Assembly (NCBI GenBank): GCA_031367405.1
Contig: JANLPT010000361.1
Coordinates: forward strand, 973 to 64,972
Source: Bryobacteraceae bacterium
GTDB taxonomy: Bacteria > Acidobacteriota > Terriglobia > Bryobacterales > Bryobacteraceae
Reading direction: 5' to 3'
DNA length: 64,000 nucleotides
The translations under genes and the position numbers were made by a program. The stretch's first letter is position 1. The number at the start of each line of letters is the position of its first letter. Of the stretch, positions 1 to 8,229 are shown one piece after another. A model generated the notes under the pieces. That model was given only the letters and a program-made list of their open reading frames with translations, had not been told where the DNA came from and searched no databases.

Positions 1-31
1 ACCAGTGAACGTTACTGGGCGCAACCAAACA

Positions 32-108
32 TTCCCTCCCTGACGGTCGGGGTTCGTTTGAGCCAATGAATTCAGTTACTTGAAGAACCCTGACCGTCAG
101 GGAGGGGG
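32..108. repeat. REP-like palindromic element, copy 1 (about 20-bp stem, about 35-nt loop)
   Basis: Left arm TTCCCTCCCTGACGGTCGGGGTTCGTTTGAG (32-62) pairs with CCCTGACCGTCAGGGAGGGGG (88-108). The left arm is nearly identical to 18295-18327. Confidence 0.8.
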
Positions 109-301
109 TGCTCAGCGCGGCTGGTAATGATGCGAACTAAATTGTCACTCTACTAGTTTCTGGACCGTGTGATTTGTTGCTTTCGGCCTTCCTCAGGAAC
201 TGCTTACTCTCCATGAGGCATACTCGCAAGATCTTTATTTTCCATCAGGCGGGCCGGGGGGGCTAACTTAAGGCGAAATACAACAATTGTGGGTTGATCG
301 T

Positions 302-373
302 GGCCCGCTCCCTTCGGTCGCGGCTCGAGTGTTCTCGGCCCCTTTAGTTGGCCGCGACCGTAGGGGGCGGGCC
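302..373 (+). other. Long imperfect inverted repeat (about 24-nt arms): candidate structured RNA or leader element
   Basis: GGCCCGCTCCCTTCGGTCGCGGC (302-324) is complementary to GGCCGCGACCGTAGGGGGCGGGCC (350-373) apart from one wobble and one mismatch. The loop contains a small CGAG..CTCG hairpin. Confidence 0.5.
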
Positions 374-405
374 ATGATAACGTCCCCAGAAAATATGTGT
401 TCGGA

Positions 406-426
406 GTCGGGCCAGGGGGGCCCGAC
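406..426 (+). other. GC-rich stem-loop in the same leader
   Basis: GTCGGGCC-AGGGG-GGCCCGAC is a perfect 8-bp stem, followed by a moderately T-rich stretch (CGTCGTTGATTCGTGTTTATC). It lies about 110 nt upstream of the response-regulator ATG. Confidence 0.45.
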
Positions 427-533
427 CGTCGTTGATTCGTGTTTATCGGGGGAAGTTCGGTGCAATTGTGTATGAGACAAGAGTGCTTCGCCGGTGTCTG
501 GGGAGCCCTGCTACAGTGGTGGAACCACGCAGC

Positions 534-908
534 ATGAAAATCCTGATTGTCGACGACGAACCGCACCTCCGCATGTTGATTCAGCAGACCTTGGAAGAGT
601 TGGAGGATGAAGGGGTCGAACTGTTCACCGCCGCCAATGGCGAAGAGGCGCTCGAAACCATTCGTGCCGAGGAGCCGAACCTCGTCTTTCTCGACGTGAT
701 GATGCCTAAGAAGAATGGCTTCGACGTCTGTAACGCCGTCAAGAACGAGCTCGGGCTGAGCCACATTCACATCATTTTGCTCACCGCCAAGGGCCAGGAA
801 TTCGACCGGCAGCGTGGCCAGGAAGTGGGGGCGGATCTTTACCTCACCAAACCCTTCGACCCCGACATGATTCTCGCCAAAGCGCGCGCGGTACTGGGGC
901 TCTCATGA
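534..908 (+). CDS. Stand-alone response regulator (CheY-like receiver)
   Basis: From the internal ATG at 534: MKILIVDDEPH...FLDVMMPKKNGFD...LLTAKG...YLTKPF, the canonical REC residues. The stop overlaps the next start (ATGA at 905-908). Confidence 0.9.
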   Translation: MKILIVDDEPHLRMLIQQTLEELEDEGVELFTAANGEEALETIRAEEPNLVFLDVMMPKKNGFDVCNAVKNELGLSHIHIILLTAKGQEFDRQRGQEVGADLYLTKPFDPDMILAKARAVLGLS

Positions 909-3900
909 TCCGGCTGTTCCTGCTGTTCACTGCCGTTCTCTCCGCCCAGACCCTTCCCTCCGTAGGGGCGAGCGAAGTGGGCATGCCACTGATACGGAAC
1001 TACACGTCCGACGACTTCGGCTTTGCCCGCGGCTTCCGGAGCGCCGTGCAGGACCGCCGCGGCGTGATGTACTTCGCTGCCGGCCAACTCACCGAGTACG
1101 ACGGGGTCACTTGGCGGCAGTTGGGACTTCCCGATGGCCGCGGAACCAACACCGTGGCGATCGACGGCACCGGCAAGATCTGGATCGGCGGCGTCGAGAG
1201 TTTCGGTTACCTCGAGCCCGATGCCACCGGGACGATGCAGGCCATTTCGCTGCTCAAGAAGGTTCCGCCCGCCGACCGTGACTTCGGCGGCATCAACCGC
1301 GTTGCCACGACCTCACAAGGCGTTTTCTTCGGCAGCGCCAAGAAGCTTTTCCGCTGGGACGGCCAGCGGATGAAGGTGTGGAAATCGGCGTCCCGCTTCA
1401 TGGAGGTGGTGGAGGTCAACGGGAAAGTCTATGTTGTCCAGAGCGCGGCGGGCCTGCAGGAACTGGCCGGCGATGAGTGGCGCGACTTGCCCGGCGGCGA
1501 CGCCTATAAGAACGACGGCTTGAACGTGGCGACGGTCCGCCGCTACGACGATCGCCGGCTACTGGTGGCGGTGAGTGGCAAACTCACCCTCTACGATGGC
1601 GAGAAATCGACGCCGTTCGTGACGCAAACCGGCGACTATCTGGCGAAAAGCGAGTTGAGCACCTTCACCGATTTGCCGGACGGCGGCTTCTGTCTCAACA
1701 CCCGCAAGGGCGGATCGGCGCTGATCGAACACGATGGCCGGCTGCGGCGCATCATCAACCAGGACTCCGGGCTTCCGGCGGCGGGCATCCTGATGGCCTT
1801 CGCCGACCGGGAAGGTGCCCTTTGGCTCGGCCACCGGGGCGTCACGCGGGTGGAGCTCAACTCGGCGATCTCGATCATCTCGCGCTTGAACGCGAACTTC
1901 AGTGCGCGCCACAACGGCACCCTCTACGTCACTTCTTTGCTGCCGGGCAGATTTCTCTCCCGTCTCGTTCCGAACCGTGAGACGGGCCTGCCCACGCTGC
2001 AGCCCATCCCGACGACGCTCACCGGCAGCGGCATCTTTCCGCTCTTCGGCTTTCCCGCGAACCAGTTGGTGATCGGCACCGCGCAGGGGGTCGTGAAAGT
2101 AGAAGGAGAACGCATCTCTCCGGTGCTTCCGGATTTGCAAGGCGCGTCTTTCGGGGTGAATTTGCTGCTGGCCTCCCGCAAGTTCCCCAATCGGCTTTAC
2201 GTGGGCTACTTCAATGGGCTGGCCTCCCTGCGCTTCGAATCCGGCAAGTGGATCGACGAAGGGCGGCTGCCCAATTACGACGGGGCGGTCGTCGCCTTGG
2301 GCGAAGCATCCGATGGCGCGGTTTGGTATTCCGACAGCACTGATGTCGTTCGTGCCGAAGTACCTTCTACAGGCTTGCCGGACGCGAAAGTGGAGCGGTT
2401 CGGCGCCAAGCACGGCCTGGAATTGGGCTCAAAAGACGTCCTGCCCATCGCGGGCGACATCTTCATCAGTACCAGTTCCCAGGACGTCCGCCGGTGGGAC
2501 CCGGCCACCCGCACCTTCGTTCCCGACAAGCGCTTCTTCCTCCCTCTCAAAGACTCGCGGTTCGACTTCCTGAATGAAATGACGAACGGCGATCTCTTCA
2601 GTTGGAATCTCTCCGCTAGTGAACAGCGCTATGGCGTGTTCGAGCGGAAGGGACCCGGCAAGTACGAACTCCTCGAGGACCCCCTCCGCCGCCTCACCCG
2701 GTTGAGTCTGCGGCGGGCGGAGACCGACCCCGACGGAGTGATGTGGCTGAATGGTTCGGACGGCCTCTTCCGCTTTGACCGTCGCGTGAAAGCTTCCGGC
2801 GGCCAGGGCTTCCCGGTGCTCGTCCGGCGAGTCACCTCCGGTGCCGACGCCGTGGTCTTCGGCGGCGGGTCCGGCTCCACGGCTGGCTCCAGCCTGCCCT
2901 ACGATCGCAACTCCTTGCGTTTTGAGTTTGCCGCCCCCACCTTTGGCGACGAAAAAGGCACTCGCTATCAGTACCTGCTGGAAGGGGCGGACCGTGAGTG
3001 GTCCGCACCCGGCAATCAGACCGAAGCCAACTATAGCAGTCTCCCGCCCGGCACTTACCGTTTCCGCGTTCGCGCCCGCAACATCGATGGCCTGGCAGGA
3101 GAGGAGGGGGCTTATAGCTTCACGATCCTGCCCCCTTGGTACCGCACGAATTTCTCCTACATCGCCTACGGACTCTTCTTCGGCCTCCTCGCCCTGGCTG
3201 CCCGTCAACGGCTGATCAGCCGCGAGCGCGACAAAGCCCGCCGCGAGAATGAAGCGCTTGAAGCGCAAGCCAAGGCTCTCGAAGCCACCGTCGCTGACCG
3301 CACCAAGGACCTGAGCGAACGCGCCGCCGAACTCGCCACCGTCAACCGCATCACGCAAGCCCTCACCACCCAGCTCGACAAGGATGGCCTCATCCAACTC
3401 GTCGGCGACCAGATTCGCGACCTCTTCCAGGCCCCCATCGCCTACGTCGCCCTGCTCGACCGCTCCACCATGATGCTGCACTTCCCTTACAGCCACGGCG
3501 AGGAAGCGGCGCAATCCCGTCCCTTTGGGGAAGGGCTCACGTCGCAAATCATTCGCACCGGCCAGCCGCTGCTGATCAACCAGGACCTGCGGGGAAGCAG
3601 CGCCCGCCTCGGGGTGAAGAATATGGGCCGCCAGGCCGCTTCTTACTTGGGCGTGCCGATTGCTTCGGGTGGCGAGTCAATCGGCGTCGTCAGCGTGCAG
3701 ACCACGGAGGAGGAAGGCCGTTTTACCGAAGCCGATCAGCGCCTGCTGTCGACGATCGCCGCGTCCATTGGCGTCGCGTTCCACAATGCCCAGCTCTTTG
3801 AAGAAGCCCAGAAGGCCCGCGCCTCGGCCGAACAAGCCGACGCCGCCAAGAGCACCTTCCTGTCGACGGTGAGCCATGAACTGCGCACGCCGCTGACCTC

Positions 3901-5251
3901 GGTGCTCGGCTTCGCCAAGATCATTCGCCGCCGCCTGGACGAGCGCATCTTCCCTTTGGTGCCCGAAGACGACAAGCGCATCGCGCAGACCAAACGGCAG
4001 GTGAGCGACAATCTCAACATCGTGGTCAGCGAAGGCGAACGCCTCACCAAGCTGATCGACGACGTGCTCGATCTCGCCAAGATCGAAGCAGGCAAGTTCA
4101 CCTGGAACATGGCACCTTTGTCGGTGGGCGAAGTGGTGGAGCGGGCCATCGCGGCCACTTCCTCACTGTTCGAAACCAGGAAGCTTGATCTCGTCAGGAA
4201 CATCCAACCCGGCCTGCCCATGCTGACCGGCGACGCTGACCGGCTGATGCAAGTGGTGATCAACCTGATCTCGAACGCGGTGAAGTTCACCGAGACCGGC
4301 AGCATCACCTGCTCGGCGCTGCTGCGGCAGGGGCTGGTGGTGGTCAGTGTGAAGGACTCGGGCGTCGGCATTAAGCCGGAGGACCAGCCCAAGGTCTTTG
4401 AGCGCTTCAAACAGGTGGGCGACACGCTGACTGACAAGCCCAAGGGCACTGGTCTTGGCCTGCCGATTTCGAAGGAGATCGTCGAGTATCACGGGGGCCG
4501 CATCTGGGTGGAAAGCGAGATCGGCGTCGGCAGTACTTTTTCCTTCAGCTTGCCGGTTGCTGGCGACAGGACGGTTTCTACCTCCCGTGCTGTCGACATC
4601 GAGGCCCTGATGCGCCAGTTGCGCGACAACATTGTGAAGCACGAGCCGCGGCCGAAGTCCGTGCTGGTGGTGGATGACGACCCGCACATCCGCTCCCTGC
4701 TGCAGCAGGAGTTCACCGAAGCCGGCTATCCAGTCCGCCTCGCCGAAGACGGCCTGCAGGCGCTCGCTCTGATTCGCGAGGAGACGCCGGGCATCGTGAT
4801 TCTTGATGTGATGATGCCGAAGATGAATGGCTTCGACGTAGCGGCGGTGCTGAAGAACGACCCCGCCACGATGGACATCCCGATCATCATTCTGTCGATC
4901 GTCGAGGACCAGGAGCGCGGCTTCCGGTTGGGCGTCGACCGCTACCTCACCAAGCCCATCGACACGGCCTCGCTGTTCCGCGAAGTCGGCACGCTGCTGG
5001 ACCAGGGCAAGTCCAAGAAGAAGGTGATGGTGGTGGATGAAGACGCCTCCACCATCCGCACGCTGACTGAGGTCCTGGAGGCCAGGGGCTATCACGTGAT
5101 GGAGTCCAACGGTGCCGATCTAGTTTCCCGGGCGGTGAGCGCCAAGCCCGATATCATCGTCCTTAGTTCGCTGCTTTCGAGCAATGAAGGGGTCCGGGCG
5201 CTGCGGTTTGAGAAGGGGTTGGAGAACGTTCTGTTTCTGATTTATCCTTAG
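905..5251 (+). CDS. Hybrid sensor histidine kinase: periplasmic beta-propeller/Y_Y_Y sensor, GAF, HisKA, HATPase, REC plus a degenerate short REC
   Basis: 1448 aa. Propeller-type repeats and YRFRVRARNIDG (Y_Y_Y-like), then a TM segment FSYIAYGLFFGLLALAA, a coiled coil and a GAF domain. H-box SHELRTPLTS, G-box GTGLGLPISKEIV, receiver VILDVMMPKMNGFD. The last 77 aa are receiver-like with Ser at the phospho-Asp position. Confidence 0.95.
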   Translation: MIRLFLLFTAVLSAQTLPSVGASEVGMPLIRNYTSDDFGFARGFRSAVQDRRGVMYFAAGQLTEYDGVTWRQLGLPDGRGTNTVAIDGTGKIWIGGVESFGYLEPDATGTMQAISLLKKVPPADRDFGGINRVATTSQGVFFGSAKKLFRWDGQRMKVWKSASRFMEVVEVNGKVYVVQSAAGLQELAGDEWRDLPGGDAYKNDGLNVATVRRYDDRRLLVAVSGKLTLYDGEKSTPFVTQTGDYLAKSELSTFTDLPDGGFCLNTRKGGSALIEHDGRLRRIINQDSGLPAAGILMAFADREGALWLGHRGVTRVELNSAISIISRLNANFSARHNGTLYVTSLLPGRFLSRLVPNRETGLPTLQPIPTTLTGSGIFPLFGFPANQLVIGTAQGVVKVEGERISPVLPDLQGASFGVNLLLASRKFPNRLYVGYFNGLASLRFESGKWIDEGRLPNYDGAVVALGEASDGAVWYSDSTDVVRAEVPSTGLPDAKVERFGAKHGLELGSKDVLPIAGDIFISTSSQDVRRWDPATRTFVPDKRFFLPLKDSRFDFLNEMTNGDLFSWNLSASEQRYGVFERKGPGKYELLEDPLRRLTRLSLRRAETDPDGVMWLNGSDGLFRFDRRVKASGGQGFPVLVRRVTSGADAVVFGGGSGSTAGSSLPYDRNSLRFEFAAPTFGDEKGTRYQYLLEGADREWSAPGNQTEANYSSLPPGTYRFRVRARNIDGLAGEEGAYSFTILPPWYRTNFSYIAYGLFFGLLALAARQRLISRERDKARRENEALEAQAKALEATVADRTKDLSERAAELATVNRITQALTTQLDKDGLIQLVGDQIRDLFQAPIAYVALLDRSTMMLHFPYSHGEEAAQSRPFGEGLTSQIIRTGQPLLINQDLRGSSARLGVKNMGRQAASYLGVPIASGGESIGVVSVQTTEEEGRFTEADQRLLSTIAASIGVAFHNAQLFEEAQKARASAEQADAAKSTFLSTVSHELRTPLTSVLGFAKIIRRRLDERIFPLVPEDDKRIAQTKRQVSDNLNIVVSEGERLTKLIDDVLDLAKIEAGKFTWNMAPLSVGEVVERAIAATSSLFETRKLDLVRNIQPGLPMLTGDADRLMQVVINLISNAVKFTETGSITCSALLRQGLVVVSVKDSGVGIKPEDQPKVFERFKQVGDTLTDKPKGTGLGLPISKEIVEYHGGRIWVESEIGVGSTFSFSLPVAGDRTVSTSRAVDIEALMRQLRDNIVKHEPRPKSVLVVDDDPHIRSLLQQEFTEAGYPVRLAEDGLQALALIREETPGIVILDVMMPKMNGFDVAAVLKNDPATMDIPIIILSIVEDQERGFRLGVDRYLTKPIDTASLFREVGTLLDQGKSKKKVMVVDEDASTIRTLTEVLEARGYHVMESNGADLVSRAVSAKPDIIVLSSLLSSNEGVRALRFEKGLENVLFLIYP

Positions 5252-5276
5252 GTATGGGAACCAATTCCCGCTGCCC

Positions 5277-5308
5277 CAAACGAACTCCGACCGTCAGGGT
5301 ACAGGGAT
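5277..5308 (-). repeat. REP-like element, degenerate half copy (reverse orientation)
   Basis: CAAACGAACTCCGACCGTCAGGGTACAGGGAT compared with the reverse complement of the consensus left arm, CAAACGAACCCCG(A/G)CCGTCAGGGAGGGAT. Confidence 0.6.
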
Positions 5309-5350
5309 CTCAGGGTGATCGTCGAACGGGAATCTGAAGAACAGGACTAA

Positions 5351-5620
5351 CTCATAAACCTCACCCTCGACCTCCCAGAAGAGAAATTAGCGGCGTGGCG
5401 ATCGCAAGCGGAAGCCGAAGGCCTCACCGTTGAGACTTGGCTACAAACCATCGCGGAGGAGCACCTTCGTCCCTTGTCCTCCGACCCCGCCGACCAATCC
5501 ATCTGGGATCGGCTCGCCGCCCTTGCGGCAAGTGTGCCGCCGGAAGCCCTGGAGTCGCAACACAAGGATGGCGCTGCGCAAGTTGACCACTATCTCTATG
5601 GGCATCCCAAGCGGTATTAA
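5351..5620 (+). pseudogene. VapB-like (ribbon-helix-helix type) antitoxin lacking a canonical start codon
   Basis: Open frame after the TAA at 5348: L-I-NLTLDLPEEKLAAWRSQAEAEGLTVETWLQTIAEEHL...YGHPKRY*. There is no ATG/GTG/TTG before codon 42. ATA at 5354 sits 7 nt after AGGA. The stop overlaps the next ATG (TAATG). Confidence 0.5.
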
Positions 5621-5655
5621 TGAACCCGATTTTCGCGGATACATTCCCTAGCTAG
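5620..5655 (+). pseudogene. PIN-domain (VapC-like) toxin, N-terminal 11-codon stub
   Basis: MNPIFADTFPS* matches the M..(I/V)FADT(F/S)Y.. N-terminus typical of one PIN toxin family. It is cut off by the CTAGCTAGCTAG stop block. Confidence 0.5.
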
Positions 5656-5659
5656 CTAG
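5648..5659. repeat. (CTAG)3 palindromic 12-mer giving stop codons in all six frames
   Basis: CTAGCTAGCTAG read directly. TAG at 5649, 5653 and 5657 covers the three plus frames, and the sequence is its own reverse complement. Confidence 0.95.
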
Positions 5660-5745
5660 CCCTCCCCGTGAGCGGTGGGGTGGTCTTTCACCCGCTAACC
5701 CGCTTGGTACGCATGGAGGAGACCAAATCATGCTATCATGCAGTC

Positions 5746-6009
5746 ATGCAAATCGAAATCAAGACGATTGGGTCCAGTGGACAGATTTCGCTCGGCAAGC
5801 AGTACGCGGGTCGCGTCGTCACGGTCGACCAAGTTTCGGACGGCGTTTGGACAATCAAAGCTGCGCAGGTCATTCCGGACGACGAACTCTGGCTCCACAC
5901 CCCGGAAATGCGCGCCAGTCTTGACCGCGCTCTCGAGTGGGCCGCTACCCATCCACCTTCGGAAACTGACCTGACTGCGCTTACGAAGAAAGTACTTCGT
6001 AAGCGATAG
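5746..6009 (+). CDS. AbrB/SpoVT/MazE-family antitoxin
   Basis: MQIEIKTIGSSGQISLGKQYAGRVVTVDQVSDGVWTIKAA... is a swapped-hairpin-type N-terminus. It ends 6 nt before the downstream small ORF. The ATG at 5746 is preferred over the ORF-track start at 5668. Confidence 0.7.
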   Translation: MQIEIKTIGSSGQISLGKQYAGRVVTVDQVSDGVWTIKAAQVIPDDELWLHTPEMRASLDRALEWAATHPPSETDLTALTKKVLRKR

Positions 6010-6015
6010 CGGTCT

Positions 6016-6312
6016 ATGCCCGTCCGGCTCGATTTGAACAATCCCGAGTTTCAGAAACAGTGGTTCTCCTTGGAGAGGGAGGATCGGATTGCCGTGCTGA
6101 ATTGTTGTGTCAAGCTGGCAGGCATGGAATGGAACGCGGTTTACCGGGACAAGGGTCTTCGCTGGGAAGTTGTCCATAGCCGGACCGGTATTGAGCGAGA
6201 ACGACTATATTCAATTCGCCTAAGCCAAAAGGCACGCGCGATCGTCCGCCGGCACGGTGAGTTTCTACAGTTTCTGTCCCTACATGCGGATCACGATTCC
6301 GCATATCGCTAA
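6016..6312 (+). CDS. RelE/ParE-superfamily-like toxin (putative)
   Basis: 98 aa, paired with the antitoxin. The C-terminus ...LYSIRLSQKARAIVRRHGEFLQFLSLHADHDSAYR resembles the RelE/HigB-type YSIR...(R)AI....v.vl.v..H.dY pattern. Confidence 0.5.
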   Translation: MPVRLDLNNPEFQKQWFSLEREDRIAVLNCCVKLAGMEWNAVYRDKGLRWEVVHSRTGIERERLYSIRLSQKARAIVRRHGEFLQFLSLHADHDSAYR

Positions 6313-6346
6313 CGAAAGTGCCTCCGTATCACTCACCAGCCCTGAC

Positions 6347-7855
6347 ATGGCCAACCTGAACCTCAAAACCCTCCTCCGCTCCGGTGCCCTCCCAGCGGTC
6401 ACCGCCCTCGCCGCGTCGCTCGACCTCGCCCTCGAAGACGCCGCAGGCCAGGCGATCCTCGGCACGCCCGGACTCTCGCGCCATCCTATCGTCCATGAGG
6501 ACACGACCCTCGGCTGGGTCAGCGGACTGGTCACTGGACCGTCTGCGCCGGCGGCTGCTCTCGTCACCCTCATCACGCATCTCGCCGCCAAGGAGTCCGA
6601 GCGCCGCGCCCTCGCCGGTGAAGTGCTCCACCTCTATCGGGAAGTCCATCTCATTGAGCAGCTCTCGGAACAGCTAGCAGCGCTGCTCGACTTTGCGGCC
6701 GTCGGACAGTCCGCGCTCGACCAGGCCCGCCGCCTCATCGCCGCGTCGCACGGCGGCGTCCTGGTGATGGACACGGAAGGCGGACCCTTGCGCCCGGTCG
6801 CCGCTTTCGGCCCCGAAGGCGCCCTGCCGGCGGATTCGCCCCTGGTTGCTTCGGCCGTCGAACGCGCGGTCGAACGCGGCATCGCGGAGATCGTCAATAC
6901 GCCCAATGGCTCCGCCATCTGCGCGCCTTTAAGAGCCAAGCAGCGCACCGTCGGCGTCATTTCGCTCGGCAACGATACCGGCGCATCCTATTCGAGCGTC
7001 GACCTCAAGCTGCTGAACACCATCGCGCTCCAGACCGCTGCCGCCATCGAAAACTCGTTTCTCTGCGCGGAGATGGTGGACGCCGTGCGTGACCGCGAAC
7101 AACTCGCCGCGCTGCAAAAAGAGCTCGATACCGCGCGCACCATTCAACACTCACTGGTGCCCCGCATCTTCCCGCCTTTCCCCGACCGCACGGACTTCGA
7201 TATCCACGCCGCGATGCACTCTGCCAAAGCCGTCGGTGGCGACTTCTTCGATTTCTTCTTGATCGACGACGACCGTCTGGGCCTCGTCATCGGCGACGTT
7301 TCCGGCAAAGGCATCCCCGCCGCGCTCTACATGGCCGTCACCCGCACGCAGATCAAGACCACGGCCCTTCAAGGCGTCGCGCCGGCGGAGTGTCTGCTCG
7401 AAGTGAACCGTGTCCTGGTGCGCGAGAAGGTGTCGAGCATGTTCGCGACCTGCTTTTACGGCATCCTCCACCTGCGCTCCGGCGAGTTTCACTTCTGCAA
7501 CGCCGGCCACAATCCGCCCTACCTGCTGCGCGCCTCCGGTGCGGTGGAAGAAGTGCCCATCACCGGCGGGCTCCCGCTGGGGATGTTTGCCAAACTGAAG
7601 TGTACGGCGGGCAGCGCCGCGCTCGCGCCGGGTGACGGACTCTTCCTCTACACCGACGGCGTTCCCGAGGCGGTGAACGCCACCCTAGAGGACTTCACCA
7701 ACGAACGGCTCGTCGCCGGTCTCGAAGGCGCCTCCTCCCTCGCCTCCCGCCACCTCATCGACCGGATCACCGGCAGCCTCCTCACCTTCACCGCCGGAGC
7801 CCCCCAGTCCGACGACATCACCATGCTCACCCTGCGCCTCGGCGCTAGGGGGTAG
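6347..7855 (+). CDS. GAF-domain PP2C/SpoIIE-family serine phosphatase (RsbU-like)
   Basis: Central GAF-like region, then PPM motifs GGDFFDFF, GDVSGKGIPAALYMA, YTDGVPEA and SDDITML. The ATG at 6347 (MANLNLKTLL) is preferred. Confidence 0.85.
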   Translation: MANLNLKTLLRSGALPAVTALAASLDLALEDAAGQAILGTPGLSRHPIVHEDTTLGWVSGLVTGPSAPAAALVTLITHLAAKESERRALAGEVLHLYREVHLIEQLSEQLAALLDFAAVGQSALDQARRLIAASHGGVLVMDTEGGPLRPVAAFGPEGALPADSPLVASAVERAVERGIAEIVNTPNGSAICAPLRAKQRTVGVISLGNDTGASYSSVDLKLLNTIALQTAAAIENSFLCAEMVDAVRDREQLAALQKELDTARTIQHSLVPRIFPPFPDRTDFDIHAAMHSAKAVGGDFFDFFLIDDDRLGLVIGDVSGKGIPAALYMAVTRTQIKTTALQGVAPAECLLEVNRVLVREKVSSMFATCFYGILHLRSGEFHFCNAGHNPPYLLRASGAVEEVPITGGLPLGMFAKLKCTAGSAALAPGDGLFLYTDGVPEAVNATLEDFTNERLVAGLEGASSLASRHLIDRITGSLLTFTAGAPQSDDITMLTLRLGARG

Positions 7856-7864
7856 GGTCAGGGG

Positions 7865-8188
7865 ATGAAAGAGGCCTACGTGGAACAGATGTGTAGTTTA
7901 GCCAAAGTAAGTCGCGCCAGTTACTATCGCGACTGGGCGCAAGCCGCGCCCGCCGAAGCGGATGTGGATCGGCGAAACGAGATCCAGAAGATATGTCTAA
8001 GTCATCGCCGTTACGGCTACCGGCGCGCCGGCGTGGAGTTGCGACGGCGAGGCCGCGTGGTGAATCATAAGAAAGTACGGCGGCTCATGCTCGAGGATAA
8101 TTTACCGGATGGGCCGGACCAAGTATGGGTGTCCGATATTACTTACATCACTCCCCTCTACTCTCTACTCGATCTCTCGATCTCTTGA
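7865..8188 (+). mobile_element. IS3-family transposase (OrfB) N-terminal relic, internally deleted and truncated
   Basis: ...VSRASYYRDW...HRRYGYRRAGVELRRRGRVVNHKKVRRLMLEDNL..PDQVWVSDITYI is an HTH_21-type segment running straight into the start of the DDE core, then it is lost. No integrase core follows. Confidence 0.7.
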
Positions 8189-8229
8189 CCCCGATCTCTT
8201 GGGTGTGAGCGTGTTTGACCCCGATCTCT
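8171..8229 (+). repeat. Cluster of four GATCTCT repeats, including 2x TTGACCCCGATCTCT
   Basis: GATCTCT at 8171, 8179, 8193 and 8223. The 15-mer TTGACCCCGATCTCT occurs at 8185-8199 and 8215-8229, at the 3' edge of the IS3 relic. Confidence 0.8.

Noticed and set aside
49-62. GGGGTTCGTTTGAG resembling a tRNA T-arm
   Set aside because: No acceptor, D or anticodon arms can be drawn. The motif is part of the dispersed palindromic repeat.
204-770. 188-aa minus-strand ORF overlapping the response-regulator gene and its leader
   Set aside because: It is antisense to a clearly homologous REC domain and has odd composition with no recognisable motifs. This is a typical high-GC shadow ORF.
1559-5095. 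Several long minus-strand ORFs (1559-2413, 2429-3547, 3736-4449, 4163-5095) inside the hybrid kinase
   Set aside because: They are Arg/Gly/Ala/His-rich antisense frames, while the plus frame carries complete kinase domains.
8171-8229. Possible CRISPR array
   Set aside because: The repeats are only 7-15 nt long with irregular spacing, and no cas genes are present.
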